Assembly (NCBI GenBank): GCA_002269645.1
Contig: NIVC01001390.1
Location: 124,001 to 188,000, forward strand
From: Macrostomum lignano
Taxonomy: Eukaryota
Direction of reading: 5' to 3'
Length of the DNA stretch: 64,000 bases
This document shows positions 50,636-63,388 of this stretch, in pieces. Position numbers and translations under genes: made by a program. Position 1 is the stretch's first letter, and each line of letters starts with the position of its first letter. A model generated the notes under the pieces. It worked only from the letters and a program-made list of their open reading frames with translations. It ran no database searches and was not told where the DNA came from.

Positions 50636-53406
50636 CTACCAGGCGGTCACCAGCATTCTGGTGCAGACTCCCAGCCGACAGACGGGGCAGATTCTAGCCG
50701 AGTCCCCTTTGGAGCAGAGCCTGCAGCAGGCCACGTGGCCGCAGGGCAGGTAAGCCACGCAGGCCAGCCGGTTTGAGCACAGGCGACACGAGTCTGAGGC
50801 AGCTGGCTGACTCAACTGAGAAGCAGCAGCAGCAGCAGCAAGCCTGGCCATCGCGAGCTGCAGAAGCTGTTCGGGCCTGTCCAGAGACTCCAGCTGCATC
50901 AGATCGCGCTGACGCCAAGCGGCTTCCAGGAGGCTGGCGGTCCCGGCGCCCGCCTCGGGATAGTCGTCACCAACCAGACGCAGACGCATCTCCATGGCAA
51001 CGGTAGACTCGGAGCGACTCGGATTGCCTAGCAACCGGGACAGATTAATAACAGAGGGCAGCTCGGCGCGACTGCGAATCTCTAGAGGTGTCACCGTCCC
51101 GGTCGACTGACGTAGTCGAAGGTGGGACACCGCGGATGGCATCGAAGATGTGGAAGAACTCCGGTTGAAGAGTCCGGTTCGGGGCTGCTGTGCCATCGCC
51201 TGCGGCAGCGGCACCTGCGGGGCATATCGGCATCTTCACCTGTCTCTCTCCTTATCTTCACCTGTCTCTCTCCTTATCTTCACCTGTCTCTCTCCTTATC
51301 TTCACCTGTCTCTCTCCTTATCTTCACCTGTCTCTCTCCTTATCTTCACCTGTCTCTCTCCTTATCTTCACCTGTCTCTCTCCTTATCTTCACCTGTCTC
51401 TCTCCTTATCTTCACCTGTCTCTCTCCTTATCTTCACCTGTCTCTCTCCTTATCTTCACCTGTCTCTCTCCTTATCTTCACCTGTCTCTCTCCTTATCTT
51501 CACCTGTCTCTCTCCTTATCTTCACCTGTCTCTCCCCTTATCTTTCCCTGTCTCTCCCCTTGTATTTACCTGTCTCTTCCTTGTCTTTACCTGTCTCTTC
51601 CCTTGTCTTTACCTGTCTCTTCCAGTGTCTTTACCTGTCTGTCTCTTCCCTTGTCTTTACCTGTCTCTTCCCTTGTCTTTACCTGTCTCTTCCCTTGTCT
51701 TTACCTGTCTCTTCCCTTGTCTTTACCTGTCTCTTCCAGTGTCTTTACCTGTCTGTCTCTTCCCTTGTCTTTACCTGTCTCTTCCCTTGTCTTTACCTGT
51801 CTCTTCCCTTGTCTTTACCTGTCTCTTCCCTTGTCTTTACCTGTCTCTTCCAGTGTCTTTACCTGTCTGTCTCTTCCCTTGTCTTTACCTGTCTCTTCCC
51901 TTGTCTTTACCTGTCTCTTCCAGTGTCTCTATCTGTCTCTCCCTTCATCTCTACACGTCTCTCCTCCTAACTCTTCCAGTCTCCCCCAGTCTCTTTTTTT
52001 TCTTTTTTTTAAAAAAGTCGCTTCATCTGCACTAAGAACTCCGCAACTCACCCCAACAAATGCAGGCATTCTAGCTTGTACAGCGAGCACAAATTCAACG
52101 CCACGCTCGCCCAGCACATGAGCGCACCTCGGTGACCACCTGGCGTGCTGAACCCAGGCCTCACACGGCGGAGCCATCTCAGTCCAGTCAATCCTCAATT
52201 CCAAATTGCAGCAGTAGCACTTCACCCGATCAATTCCATTATTGACAGGAAGAAATCCAGCACTAGCCAGCTCCCAGGCTGTCAGTCTGCGATTCCAGCA
52301 CCAGCAAGAGTCGAATGCATCAATATCTTCGTCGCATCGCAGCTGACTGAGTCGATTCTTAAAGTCCGACACTCGAGGCAGATTTCTAATTGAAGCTGCA
52401 TCTTCAGCTTCCTCGCGGCAAGCTTGTCTGGCTCTACTAGGAGACACTGGAGGGCAAGATTCGAGCGATAGAGATTCGCCACTACTCCAACTACTACTAC
52501 GAGTAGCGGCGTCGGATTTAGCAAAAGCAATGGCCTGTAAACTTCTTCCAGAGGGCGGCGGCAATGCTAAACTATAATCTGGTGTTAGATGAAATTCTCG
52601 CCCATTCTGGTTGCACCACAATGGCTGATGGACAGCGTCTGGTGGGCGGTTTGACTCGGTGCACTGGACTGGTGTTGAGCAGCTGGTGTCCGATGGAGAA
52701 ATTGGCACGTTGCCAACCTGATTTATTGAGTGGGCGGGTTTGGTAGAAACATTGAGAGGCTGTAAGACCTGATATAAATTCATTTAGGATACTCAGCCTC
52801 TCTCATCCTGACACTCTCTTTTCCTGACCCCCTCTCCCTTCCCTGACCCCCCCTCCCTTCCCTGACACCCTCTCCCTTCCCTGACCCCCTCTCCCTTCCC
52901 TGACCCCCTCTCCCTTCCCTGACCCCGTCTCCGCTCTCCCTTCCTTGACACCTTCTCCCTTTCTTGACCCCGAAACATATCGGCAGATATAAGTATCCCC
53001 CCCAAAAAAACCCAGAGCAAACCTGCATTCCAATTACAAATGGACACAGCGAGTACAGAGCCCGATGCAACTGCCAAACAGTATTCCAATTGCTAGTATT
53101 CGAATCAATACGATCGCTAGTGATAATGCCCAGACAGAATGCACATTTAAACATGGCAGTAGTATCATTAATCAAGCCAGTTTGACAGCAATAAAAGCCG
53201 CATGCTGCCAGCTGATCCAGCAGCACTCCATTCTGTTCGGTTTGATAATAGGCAAAGCTGGCCCGTCTGTTTAGTTCCAGACGCATATCGATTTGATTGA
53301 CAGGTGCGGCTGAGTCTGAGTAGTCAGATAAGTGAGTTCGGTAATCTAAATACTCCACTTGCCGGGTTCCGGTCTGACGCTGACGATAGTAACTGAAATA
53401 TGGCAT
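50636..53406 (-). CDS. iap: Inhibitor of apoptosis protein, BIR-BIR-UBA-RING (exons 53406-53023, 52768-52052, 51214-50636; 559 aa from this ATG)
   Basis: BIR1: RRASF..LAACGFY..CAFC..H(x6)C. BIR2: LASAGF..DRVKCYCC..DW..AWVQHARWSPRC. UBA-like: MEMRLRLVGDDY. C3HC4 RING: CRLC..LPCGHVACCRLC..CPVCR. GT-AG sites join all exons in phase 0. Confidence 0.92.
51231..51930. repeat. Two related 22-bp minisatellites in an IAP intron (ATCTTCACCTGTCTCTCTCCTT then GTCTTTACCTGTCTCTTCCCTT)
   Basis: Visible period; explains the 281-323 aa + strand ORFs. Confidence 0.95.
52820..52960. repeat. 19-bp minisatellite CCTGACCCCCTCTCCCTTC in an IAP intron
   Basis: About seven copies. Confidence 0.9.
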
Positions 53407-53416
53407 TGCAGTTTAA

Positions 53417-54020
53417 GAGACAATGAAGCAGTCATGAAGAGACACTGAAGCAGTCATGAAGAGACACTGAAGCAGTCATGAAGAGACACTGAAGCAGTCA
53501 TGAAGAGACACTGAAGCAGTCATGAAGAGACACTGAAGCAGTCATGAAGAGACACTGAAGCAGTCATGAGTAGACACTGAAGCAGTCATGAAGAGACACT
53601 GAAGCAGTCATGAAAAGACACTGAAGCAGTCATGAAGAGACACTGAAGCAGTCATGAACAGACACTGAAGCAGTCATGAAGAGACACTGAAGCAGTCATG
53701 AACAGACACTGAAGCAGTCATGAAGAGACACTGAAGCACTCATGAAGTGACACTGAAGCAGTCATGAAGTGACACTGAAGCAGTCATGAAGTGACACTGA
53801 AGCAGTCATGAAGAGACACTGAAGCACTCATGAACAGACACTGAAGCACTCATGAACAGACACTGAAGCAGTCATGAAGAGACACTGAAGCAGTCATGAA
53901 AAGACACTGAAGCAGTCATGAAGAGACACTGAAGCAGTCATGAACAGACACTGAAGCAGTCATGAAGAGACACTGAAGCAGTCATGAAAAGACACTGAAG
54001 CAGTCATGAAGAGACACTGA
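53417..54020. repeat. 22-bp minisatellite GACACTGAAGCAGTCATGAAGA, ~27 copies
   Basis: Visible period; lies in the putative first IAP intron. Confidence 0.95.
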
Positions 54021-54083
54021 AAGTCTTGAAGTGACGCCGAAGCATCGGTCATCATGAGGATAAAAGTACAAGTATAAACCCAC

Positions 54084-54259
54084 CGTATTCTACCAACCAA
54101 AGCTGACTGGTCAGGCCACGATCGTGCTGACGCAGCCGGGGTGGAAGCCACACTATCCAGATATTCCTGTCGCATGCTGGCAGAGAACTCATCAGCCAAG
54201 TCAGCCAGACCAGCTACAGCGCGGGAGCATGAATCCGCTGTTGACAGCTGCTGAGACAT
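54084..54259 (-). CDS. Probable additional 5' coding exon of the IAP gene (613-aa model)
   Basis: ATG at 54259, MSQQLSTADSCSRAVAGLADLADEFSASMRQEYLD.... Phase-2 donor CG|gtgggt is compatible with acceptor catatttcag|T at 53392. Confidence 0.5.
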
Positions 54260-55019
54260 TCGGACTATTTTTTTACAAAGCTTTTAGTCACAACTGCAGC
54301 ATAAGAAAATGTACAGTATATATTTACATTAGTCATAGCAATAGGCTGGTCTCAATGAACAATATATACAGACGGTTGAAGCCAGACGTGAACAATATTA
54401 AGTTTTTCTATTGTGCTAAAAATAGAACAAGGGTTACCCAAGTCAGTGGGTGTTTTTACCCTGAACAAAACCTATATATAACAAAGCCTGATTCTAGTAT
54501 TAAGAAAGTTACCCCAACTGTGTAGTAAAATATTGGACAAACTTTGCTAGGATTATAGGATTCTTGAGATTAGGATCTTATCCCACCCATAATGAAAAGA
54601 CAAAAAATAGTTTCATAAGAACAAGCTCTCTAAAGGACAAAACATTAATGACAACTTGACATTATAAGTCCTGTAAATACTGTTATAGGTTTATTAGTTC
54701 TCTCTTTAATATCCTATTACTGTCACCAAGTTGTTACAAGTTGCTGCTTTTATCCCACCATTGATACCCTATTTGCAGTTGGCTGATTTAGAATCTACTT
54801 AGTTTCCTAGAAATCTAGCTTCTCTGGTAGCAATGAGAGCCCAAGTGGTAAAACACTGTATTTCCAATTAAGTCCAATAATTTTGGTGTTTCCTAGGATC
54901 AAGGATTTTCAGCAATTTAGGCTCTATATTATTGACACCTTTACAGTTTATCGACTTTAATGCCTAATCCTTAATGCTCTAATCCTAGTTATAAACCTTC
55001 ATGGTTTGTACCTCTGGGT

Positions 55020-55300
55020 CTTGACAACTTCTCAGTTCTCTGTGAGTATTTATGACTTTTCAGTTCTCCCTGAGTCTTTATGATTTCTTAATTCTCTATG
55101 AGTCTTTATGACTTCTCAATTCTCTATGAGTCTTTATGACTTCTCAATTCGATGTGAGTCTTGACAACTTCTCAGTTTTCTGTGAGTATTTATGACTTTC
55201 CAGTTCTCCCTGAGTCTTTATGATTTCTTAATTCTCTATGAGTCTTTATGACTTCTCAATTCGATGTGACTTCTCAGTTCCCCGTGAGTCTTGACAGCTT
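55020..55300. repeat. Degenerate 28-bp minisatellite TTCTCAATTCTCTATGAGTCTTTATGAC
   Basis: Visible period. Confidence 0.85.
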
Positions 55301-55679
55301 CTTTAGGTTTCTGTGCTTTACACTGAAATTCCTCTGGGTTTTTACACTTTTGTTCCTGCTTAAAACTTTGAAATAATTAATATCTCAAAGATTTGAGAAC
55401 TTAAAGGTTAACTAGATGTAAGGAGTGATTGAAAAAGTTTAAAAGTTAAAATGCAACAAGTTAAACAAAAACAAAATTAGGAAGCTGCTGATTAGTAAAT
55501 ATAGCTGTAGGCATCATTTCTTACTACTATAAGTAAGCATTAGCAAACCTATGTTATTATACCTTATTGCAACATTAAAAAGTATAATAATCAATTCCAT
55601 TGCAATACCATTGAATAGAAAATCTAGTCAGCAACTAGCAATCTATATCCCCTAATAGAAGCAATAAAGAAAGGAATCT

Positions 55680-58330
55680 TTTTGAAAGAATACAACTCCT
55701 GACCTTGTGTAGGCACCTTTGTAAGTTTCTTAAAGAAAAATGATTCAAACAAAATATAGTCTTGGCCCTCCCAAAGGTCTTTAACAAATGTGCAAGTCCA
55801 AAAAACTATAAATTCTGCAAGGCTTATCTAGAGCCCTGGAAAAAAGGCAATAGCATTTCATACACAGATTGCTTTTTATTTGGTTGTCAGAAGATTGGCC
55901 CAGAAAAGTTCTTTAGTGGAAAAATTCTTGTTTACAAAATCTACAAACAAGACAGATGCACTGGGGGCCTCTTGTCTGTTTATTTGACACCCACTTGATA
56001 TTGTAGTCTTTTTATCTCTTTATTTATCACCTTCAACCTGCAATACTTCTTGCTTATTGAACCTTTCTTGGAAATAGTTGAAAGGCTTTCAAAGCTTTGC
56101 AGGTCTGCAGTGTCAGATTTAGTAGCAGCTTTAGTCTACTATAACTGCCATGAGTTTTTTTGTCATTTTAGTCCTATTAGTGTTATACTCGTATAGGTTT
56201 GTAACAAAAAGGATATCATGAATAGGTTCTGTTCAAGGTGTCTGGGAGGATTCTAGATTGGGATTGGGATATTAGGATTTAGAAATCAAACTTGTATCTT
56301 CCCTATGTGTTACCTTTAGGTTGCTGTTTTTAGTGGCTGTCTGTATTTGGCTAATCACTTCAATCTCATTCACTGCACTGCATTCATTTTCAATATAGGC
56401 AACTTTCACAAGCAGATCTTAGTTCACCAAGCCCAAAAGTTGACAACTTTTTTGCATTTTCAGGCTATGCCTTGCCTTTTGCTAGTGCAAGATCTTCAGC
56501 AAAAGTTGATTTTGAAAAGCAGTAGGAACCACACACCAAGTGGCCATGGTATGTGCAGCTTATAGATCAGAAAAAGTATCATTTCAAACATAAAAGAAGC
56601 ATCATGTAACACATAAAAAGTGTGCCCATAAATGAGTTGACAAAGGTGAAACTGGTTTCCATTAGTAATAGTAGAAATCAAATTCATGAAGAGACACTGA
56701 GCCATAGCTTAAGTATCAAAGCCTCCAAAGATCATCTGGCTGTGGAAAATAAAGATGTTCGCCCATTTGCTAATTAAGCTACAATTCCTACAGGACACAG
56801 TGGTGTCACTTTTGCTCTGGTTTTCACCTCAAAGAGCCTAGCCACTTTCAATGCCACCTTTTCAGACAAAAAGTAGTTATATAACACATATGGTAGGCTT
56901 ACTTATAATTTGTAGGGCCCATGCTAAATAGCTATAAATAAATAGCAAAGAATTTAAAAAGCAATTTATCAAAATCTAAAAATAGAGTACTGTCACTATA
57001 ATATATAATAGACTGGGTCTCTTGGTAGAGAGCTATCATTTGTATAGCAATAAGTTATAGTCCTATGGTTATAACATTGAATATGGTTTTTGCTAGGCAT
57101 GTTTGCCTTAAAAAAACAAAGTTATTGTCTTTAATAATTAGTTTTTTTTCAATTACTTTTTTATTGCAATAAATTTAATCCAGAGCCAATAGAGGAAGAA
57201 AGCAAGAGGATTTCATATACAGTTTGCTATTTATTTGGTTGTTAGAACATGGGCCTAGAAAAGGTCTTTAGTGGCAAAATTCTAGTTCACAAAGCATATA
57301 AACAAGACAGATAAGACAACAAGGTTGCAATCAATGGTGTCTGTTTATTTGATGCCCATTTAACATTATAGCTTTTTTATTATCATATTTATCACCTTCA
57401 ACCTGCAATACTTCTTGCTTGTCAAACCCTTCTTAGAGGCAGCTAAAAGGCTTTCAAATCTATGATGTGCTTTAAGAATTTGGGGTTGCTTGGGTTTGGG
57501 CTAGATGCTCTTGAAATCCTACTGCTATCACCAATGTTGTACTTCAGTTTTTGGTGAGGTGGTCTGGCAGGTTTTGGAACCCTGTACTTAGCTTTCTGGC
57601 TGCTAGGGTGAGGCAGACTGCTATTGGCTAAGACAACCTTAGCAAGCATGCTTATGGGGGCTGAGACTAGGGAAAAATCTAAGATTAAGAGTAGTGCTGC
57701 CACCAGCATGGGAACCATAGGATCTGCAATGAAGGGGTCTATTTGGGTTCCATGCAAATAAATAATGCTCAAACAACTAGTCTCAGATATTTCAATGTCC
57801 AAATGACAGGACTCAATGGTAGCAAATGGCCTAAGCTGCATAGTCCTGGCACTGACAATGTCCGTGCATGTCTGAGTTTAGCTCTCAGAGGACCCTAACT
57901 CCTACTAACCTAATAGCTACATCTTGCGCAGATGGGCAGCAAGGAATAGGTCTATGCGCCTGGAGCAGCAATAGACTCTAGGCCTATTTAAGACTAACAG
58001 CTATTTCTTAGAATTGCGCACGTGTGCTGTGACTACACAATCACTCTCACTCTTATATTTGTGCCTGTGTCACGAATAGACAACTAGCAGAATCACTTCA
58101 ACCAATTGATTTCCTGACACTAATAGAGTAGGCTGGGAAACCAGAGCTATAGCACTACAATGCTCTACTTATAATGCTAGATTTAATCTAAATCTAAGTT
58201 TTATTCTAATATAATTGTCATGAGTCTTTTGTCATTTTAGTCCTATTAGTATTATATAAGGTTTTTAACAAAAATGATATCATGAATAGGTTCTACATAG
58301 GGTGTTTGGGACTTTCAAATTGAAAGTGAA
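55680..58330 (-). mobile_element. Highly decayed retroelement (probably LINE) fragments, present as two diverged copies
   Basis: ~55860-56110 and ~57220-57475 align (tatttatcaccttcaacctgcaatacttcttgctt in both); ~56150-56260 and ~58215-58315 align. Frames are full of stops, with only a weak APE-like hint (LLILDFS) in ORF 57443-57841. Confidence 0.4.
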
Positions 58331-61300
58331 ATTTCCATGGACACCTTGTCAGTATACATAGTGTGTACTTGTGTTGCTTCACATTTTATAAGTATATATT
58401 TACTTTAGTGAATGACATGTCTATGTAGCTCATGTTAGTTTTTTTCTTTGTTATATTTTCTATATTTTTTTAATCTGCATATCCTTAGCTAGCTATGACA
58501 AAATAGGTTTGTCTATTATACTAATATACTGATTTATAAGTATCAATAAATAAATAAAAGCATTCTAGAGTCAATCTCCTACTTTCTAGTCAAGAAATAT
58601 TTCTATATTAACTTTATAAATCTTCTTGACTATTTCAGTTCAATTGATATTTTATTTGATGATTAAGAATAAAATTATAATAGAACCTATTTGTCTACAT
58701 CAGCATGGAAATTTTATCTGAAAACATTTCAACTGAGTTCCTAATAAAGAAGCTATAACCTACCCCTCATGCAGATAATGGCAACTAGCTATTCAACTAT
58801 TGGACTTTAGAGACATCTTCAGAACAAACATGTTGGTTTGTATGAAATGTTGGCTATGGCTATAATGCTAGTGGCAACAAAGACAAGGATTCATATATAC
58901 AACCTTGTCCTTCTCTATCAAAGCAAGCAAAAATTGACACAATGTTTTAAGACAATAAGCTATGGGATAAAAGTAACCTATTGAACCATGCCATGGATAG
59001 GCTGATTATCCAAATCCAAATTATAGTAGTAGACAGCTAGCCTATCTCTATTATAGAGGATTTAGGTTTCTAATGCTTAATTGTTGGTTTGGAGCCCCAA
59101 TAAAAACTCAAATCAAGAAACCAGGCCTAACATGTTCTTTACTAGATTGACTATGGACATTTAAATCCAATAATATGCGCACTCTTCTAGCAGAAAAATC
59201 TATTGTTCTATGCACCTTTATTGTTTAATTTTTTGTTTTGTGCTTAATGTGTGAAATACCTAGGTGTTTTTTCTTAAAAAATCATTATTATATAGACTTA
59301 AAAAATAATAGCATTAGCATTGATAGATAAAATAGAACAAATAGGCCAGCTAGATGCTAATTAGGCAACAGTCTCAGCAACAGTCTCAGCAACAGTCTCT
59401 GAGCAACAGTCTCAGAAACAGCAGTCGACACAGCCAGAGCCTAATTTTGTCACTGTCCGAGATATTCATGGCACAATAGTAACTTATGATCAACTAGCAA
59501 CTCTTGATGTATCTAGTTGGTTGGATTACTCCGTGAGCGTAATTTTGTATAATCTGAGTAATTTCCCTAAGTACGTTTCACATTCTTGTAACCATACACG
59601 TATGCTGTTACATATTAGGTTGTATATGGCTATTTGGCTGCAGTGGCTAGTGGAATCGAAGACGCTGTTGTCATGAAGCAAAGTGACTTTTATGCAGTCA
59701 TTGACAACCCAAACTATCTTCTGCTTCTGACAAAAGAAGCCTTGCCGAACTACGCGACAGGAAGAAGTGTAAATACAATTGCAAATACAAATTACTTGTA
59801 TCTTAATTATTAAAGAAACGATATAATCCATTTTGTTCTTACCACTATCCAACAATTAGAAAATAACAAAAATTCTGATTCCAATGTTGTCGCCAAGCCA
59901 TTTTTGGCTTGTAGCAATCCTTCTTGATGAGAAAAATATCTACTCACTGGACTCAATGAGGCGCACTGGCGGAAGAAGAAAGAAAGAAGTGGAGGAAATA
60001 GCAAGAAAGTGGAAGTAGGGAATGTACCAAGCCTAAAATTATTTTAATACACCTTATGCCAAACTCTGAATCTATAAAATTCGTTTTACAGTTTCAGCAC
60101 GCTACTCCTATTGTCAGATGTCGACAAAACAGACATTGTTCAGGAATAACACAAAAGCTAGCTGACTCTATCTTAAGGTGTCATTTTGAAACCAAAGAGC
60201 TCAAAAAATATCTTGAGAAATACGCAAACCAATCATGTGTTTGATCGCGTGTCTCGCAGTATGCTTGAGCAAAAGATGCAACGAGAGATATATAGACATA
60301 ACCCATGGAACACACAATTTGGAAGCAGATATCCCAGGAAATACAAAAGTCAGACATGTGTCTAAGGTGTCATTGCAAAGCTCAGACATGCCTCAAGAAG
60401 TGGTAGAAGTTTCAGAGCAAATGATTGAAGCATAGAGACGGAGTGATAAGTCATAGATTTGGTTGGTCTTGGTACGGATGATGAATGACTCACGGAAAGC
60501 ACACTTTGAAAGCAGATATCCCGGGAAATACAAAAGTCAGACATGTGTCTAAGGTGTCATTGCAAAGCTAAGACATGCGTCAGAAACTGACAAAAAATTC
60601 ATTGCTACCGTTGCTTCATAAGTTCTTTGGCGTGAGAATTTTTTGTAAGGAATGTGTGATAAAATTCGATTTGACACACTTTGTATTTGTACTAATATTT
60701 TTTTCTTTAAGACAAAACTTTTGTCTACAAAATTTTAAAGCTGAATACGGCGTCAGAGTAAGTAATGCATCCCAAAACATAAATTCATTTTTTGTTTGAA
60801 TTATCCATTTGAAGGAGAAAATATCTGTCGAGGAACCCTCACATATCAGTATAGCCACTGTCCAGCTACTGCTACCTGCTAGGCCTAGTTACAATCTTGG
60901 GAAAGACTGCTCTGCCCTGTTTATAGTTAGGCTTGGGCCTACCCTTTCTGCCATACCGTATATTCCATGTGGAAAGGTTCTTTCTTTGAATGAAGTTATC
61001 TAATCATGCATTTAAACAAAAGTAGACCTAGACAACAAATAATAAGTTAATTTTTCCTAATTGTCTATTAGTATTCTATCACTTTCTAACCCTAGCCTAA
61101 AGTTATTAATATTAGTCAAAGACTTTAAGAGTCTTAACAGTAATTATTTTCAACAAAAATAATTTCATGTGCAAAACTATAGCCAGTATAGGATTACCAA
61201 TAATGCATAGCATAACATAGGCCTATGCCTACAAAACAGAAATCCTTCTTTACAATTTAAATTCTAATATATATATATATATATATATATCTAATATCTA

Positions 61301-63334
61301 TGTATTTAAGTTGAAAATAAGTTGTTGAAACATAGATTCGATTATAGGGATATGTAACGTGATAGATTTGAGGAAAAAATGGTTCAACTGATTTTTATTA
61401 GGCCTAGCCCCCCTGCCTAGGCGGCTACACCGGCTAGGCCTAAACTTAATACCTAGGGCTACTGGCTAGGCGTAGCCTAGACTAGGCCTAAGCTAGGGCC
61501 TATTAGATCAAAATGACTGATAAATCCATTATAATTGTTTTATTATATGATTTTTACTCTAACCAACTTGATGTGAGTGCTGTAAAAATTTTATTAATTT
61601 TTGTCATTTTTAAACAAAAAATTATTTTATAGGGCCTAGCCTAAAAATTATTATGCATTAGCCATCAGGCCTTAGCCCCTAGGCGGCTAGGCCTAATTAC
61701 AATTTCCTATAAATTACTTTTTCTTAATCTAATTACTAATATAGGCCTAAAAATGCAATAATGCATTAGGCCTATTACACATTTTATTTATGTCAAAATT
61801 TGTTGCTTTTTTAATACTAAAATTTGGCTCTACCTATGCCAAAAAGTTGCTATGGATTGGTAGGGTTGAATTCCAGTTGTTTCGCCCCCAAACTGTTTCG
61901 GCTATGGACATTTCGCCTGGCCTGGTTTATGGGCGAAACGACCAGTTACCGTAGGGCTTAAGGCCTATGATGCCTATAATGCCAAAATGTGTATGCCAAC
62001 TTTAAAGGACTCGTTTGTACACTAGAAATTTCCAGTATTGTAACTTTCTAAATCCCTGCATATTTAATGATAGAATTAGTTTTAAGTAATTAATTTACAA
62101 GATAGAAACCAAATCTCACGCTTTACATAAAGCGTGCAGCCTGCCATTTATCTTCAATGTCTATTTTAAAAGTAGTTATATTTTGTACTTATTTTATTTC
62201 GTGAATTATTTTTATTTGTATTTTATTTTTATTTTATATCTTACTGTATGTATTTATATAATTTTGCATAATTGTTTTATAATGTAGTTTGTTTTACTGC
62301 CCAATAATTAACTAAACTCGGCGCGCTGAGTTAGCACTCGACTAATAATTCAAATGTTGAGTTCGGCCTATTTATTTTATTACACGTATACAGTTTGAAA
62401 TATCGTGAAAATAGTTATTTCTTAAAACAAATTAAATTGTGTCAATTTGTTAAAGCAATAAACTAGTTCAGTAAAAATTAAATATGTCGTAGACTTCGTA
62501 TAAAGCTCTTTGTATCGAGATCGTATGATGACATAACTCGCAAGATCATGCGATAGGCAGTTCTGCTTTATTAAAATTTCTTTTTTTTGAGACATCAGTC
62601 GGTCTGGAGTGCGCAAGGGAGACACACCCTCGCCACTATTCTTGTTTGTCCTAGTGCTAATTTTATGGGTCAAGGACTAGCTACCTAATGTAGCTGGACG
62701 CGCGTAGTAGAGCTCAAAGATCCTGTAATTTTTTAGAGACCAATTTGCCGGAAAAAATTACACGTACACTGCAAAGATCAATAATATTGTCTAGGTCTAG
62801 CTTTTAAATAATAGGTTTTTAAGGATTAGGTCAAAAACAATATAAGAAATTATATTGGTAAACATTCAATTATTTAAACAGGTCTAGAAATTAATGCTAC
62901 TAAAACATGCGTTGAAACATACGGAACTACATATGTATATATGCTGTATGTATACCTTCAATTATGGCTTTTAGATATGCAACAGCTGTATGCAACGTTT
63001 ATTACAAATGTGCTTCATTAAAAAAGAACACAACATGCAAAAGGCACGAGCACCCTCGTGAATAATCCTACATGTAGTAGTAGAGTTTTAGTAACAAGTA
63101 ACAGGTTATTGTGAGGACAGCCCGGAAGCCGCAACAACTTTGAGAGTATATCCCCTGACCGACTTTGGAACTCAATTTTTTAGGGTTTTTTGCTCTGGAA
63201 TACTCAGCTGCATCATGTATGGTGGTTCTTATCGAGAGTCCAGCATGATTTTGTTCTCGAACCCGGTTTTTTCAAGATTTAGAGCGCGCTTGTCGCTGCA
63301 TGGCCCGGACAGTACCCACCATGCCTACACCGTC

Positions 63335-63335
63335 C

Positions 63336-63385
<50 letters not shown>

Positions 63386-63388
63386 TTC
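63335..63388. repeat. (CT)n microsatellite; (TA)n tracts also at ~49769-49788 and ~61267-61290
   Basis: Direct. Confidence 0.9.

Noticed and set aside
51122-52121. 281-323 aa + strand ORFs
   Set aside because: Antisense to an IAP intron filled with 22-mers.
53417-54020. CRISPR-like array (also considered for the 16-, 24- and 31-bp repeats)
   Set aside because: Repeats are contiguous with no unique spacers, there are no cas genes, and the context is eukaryotic intron.
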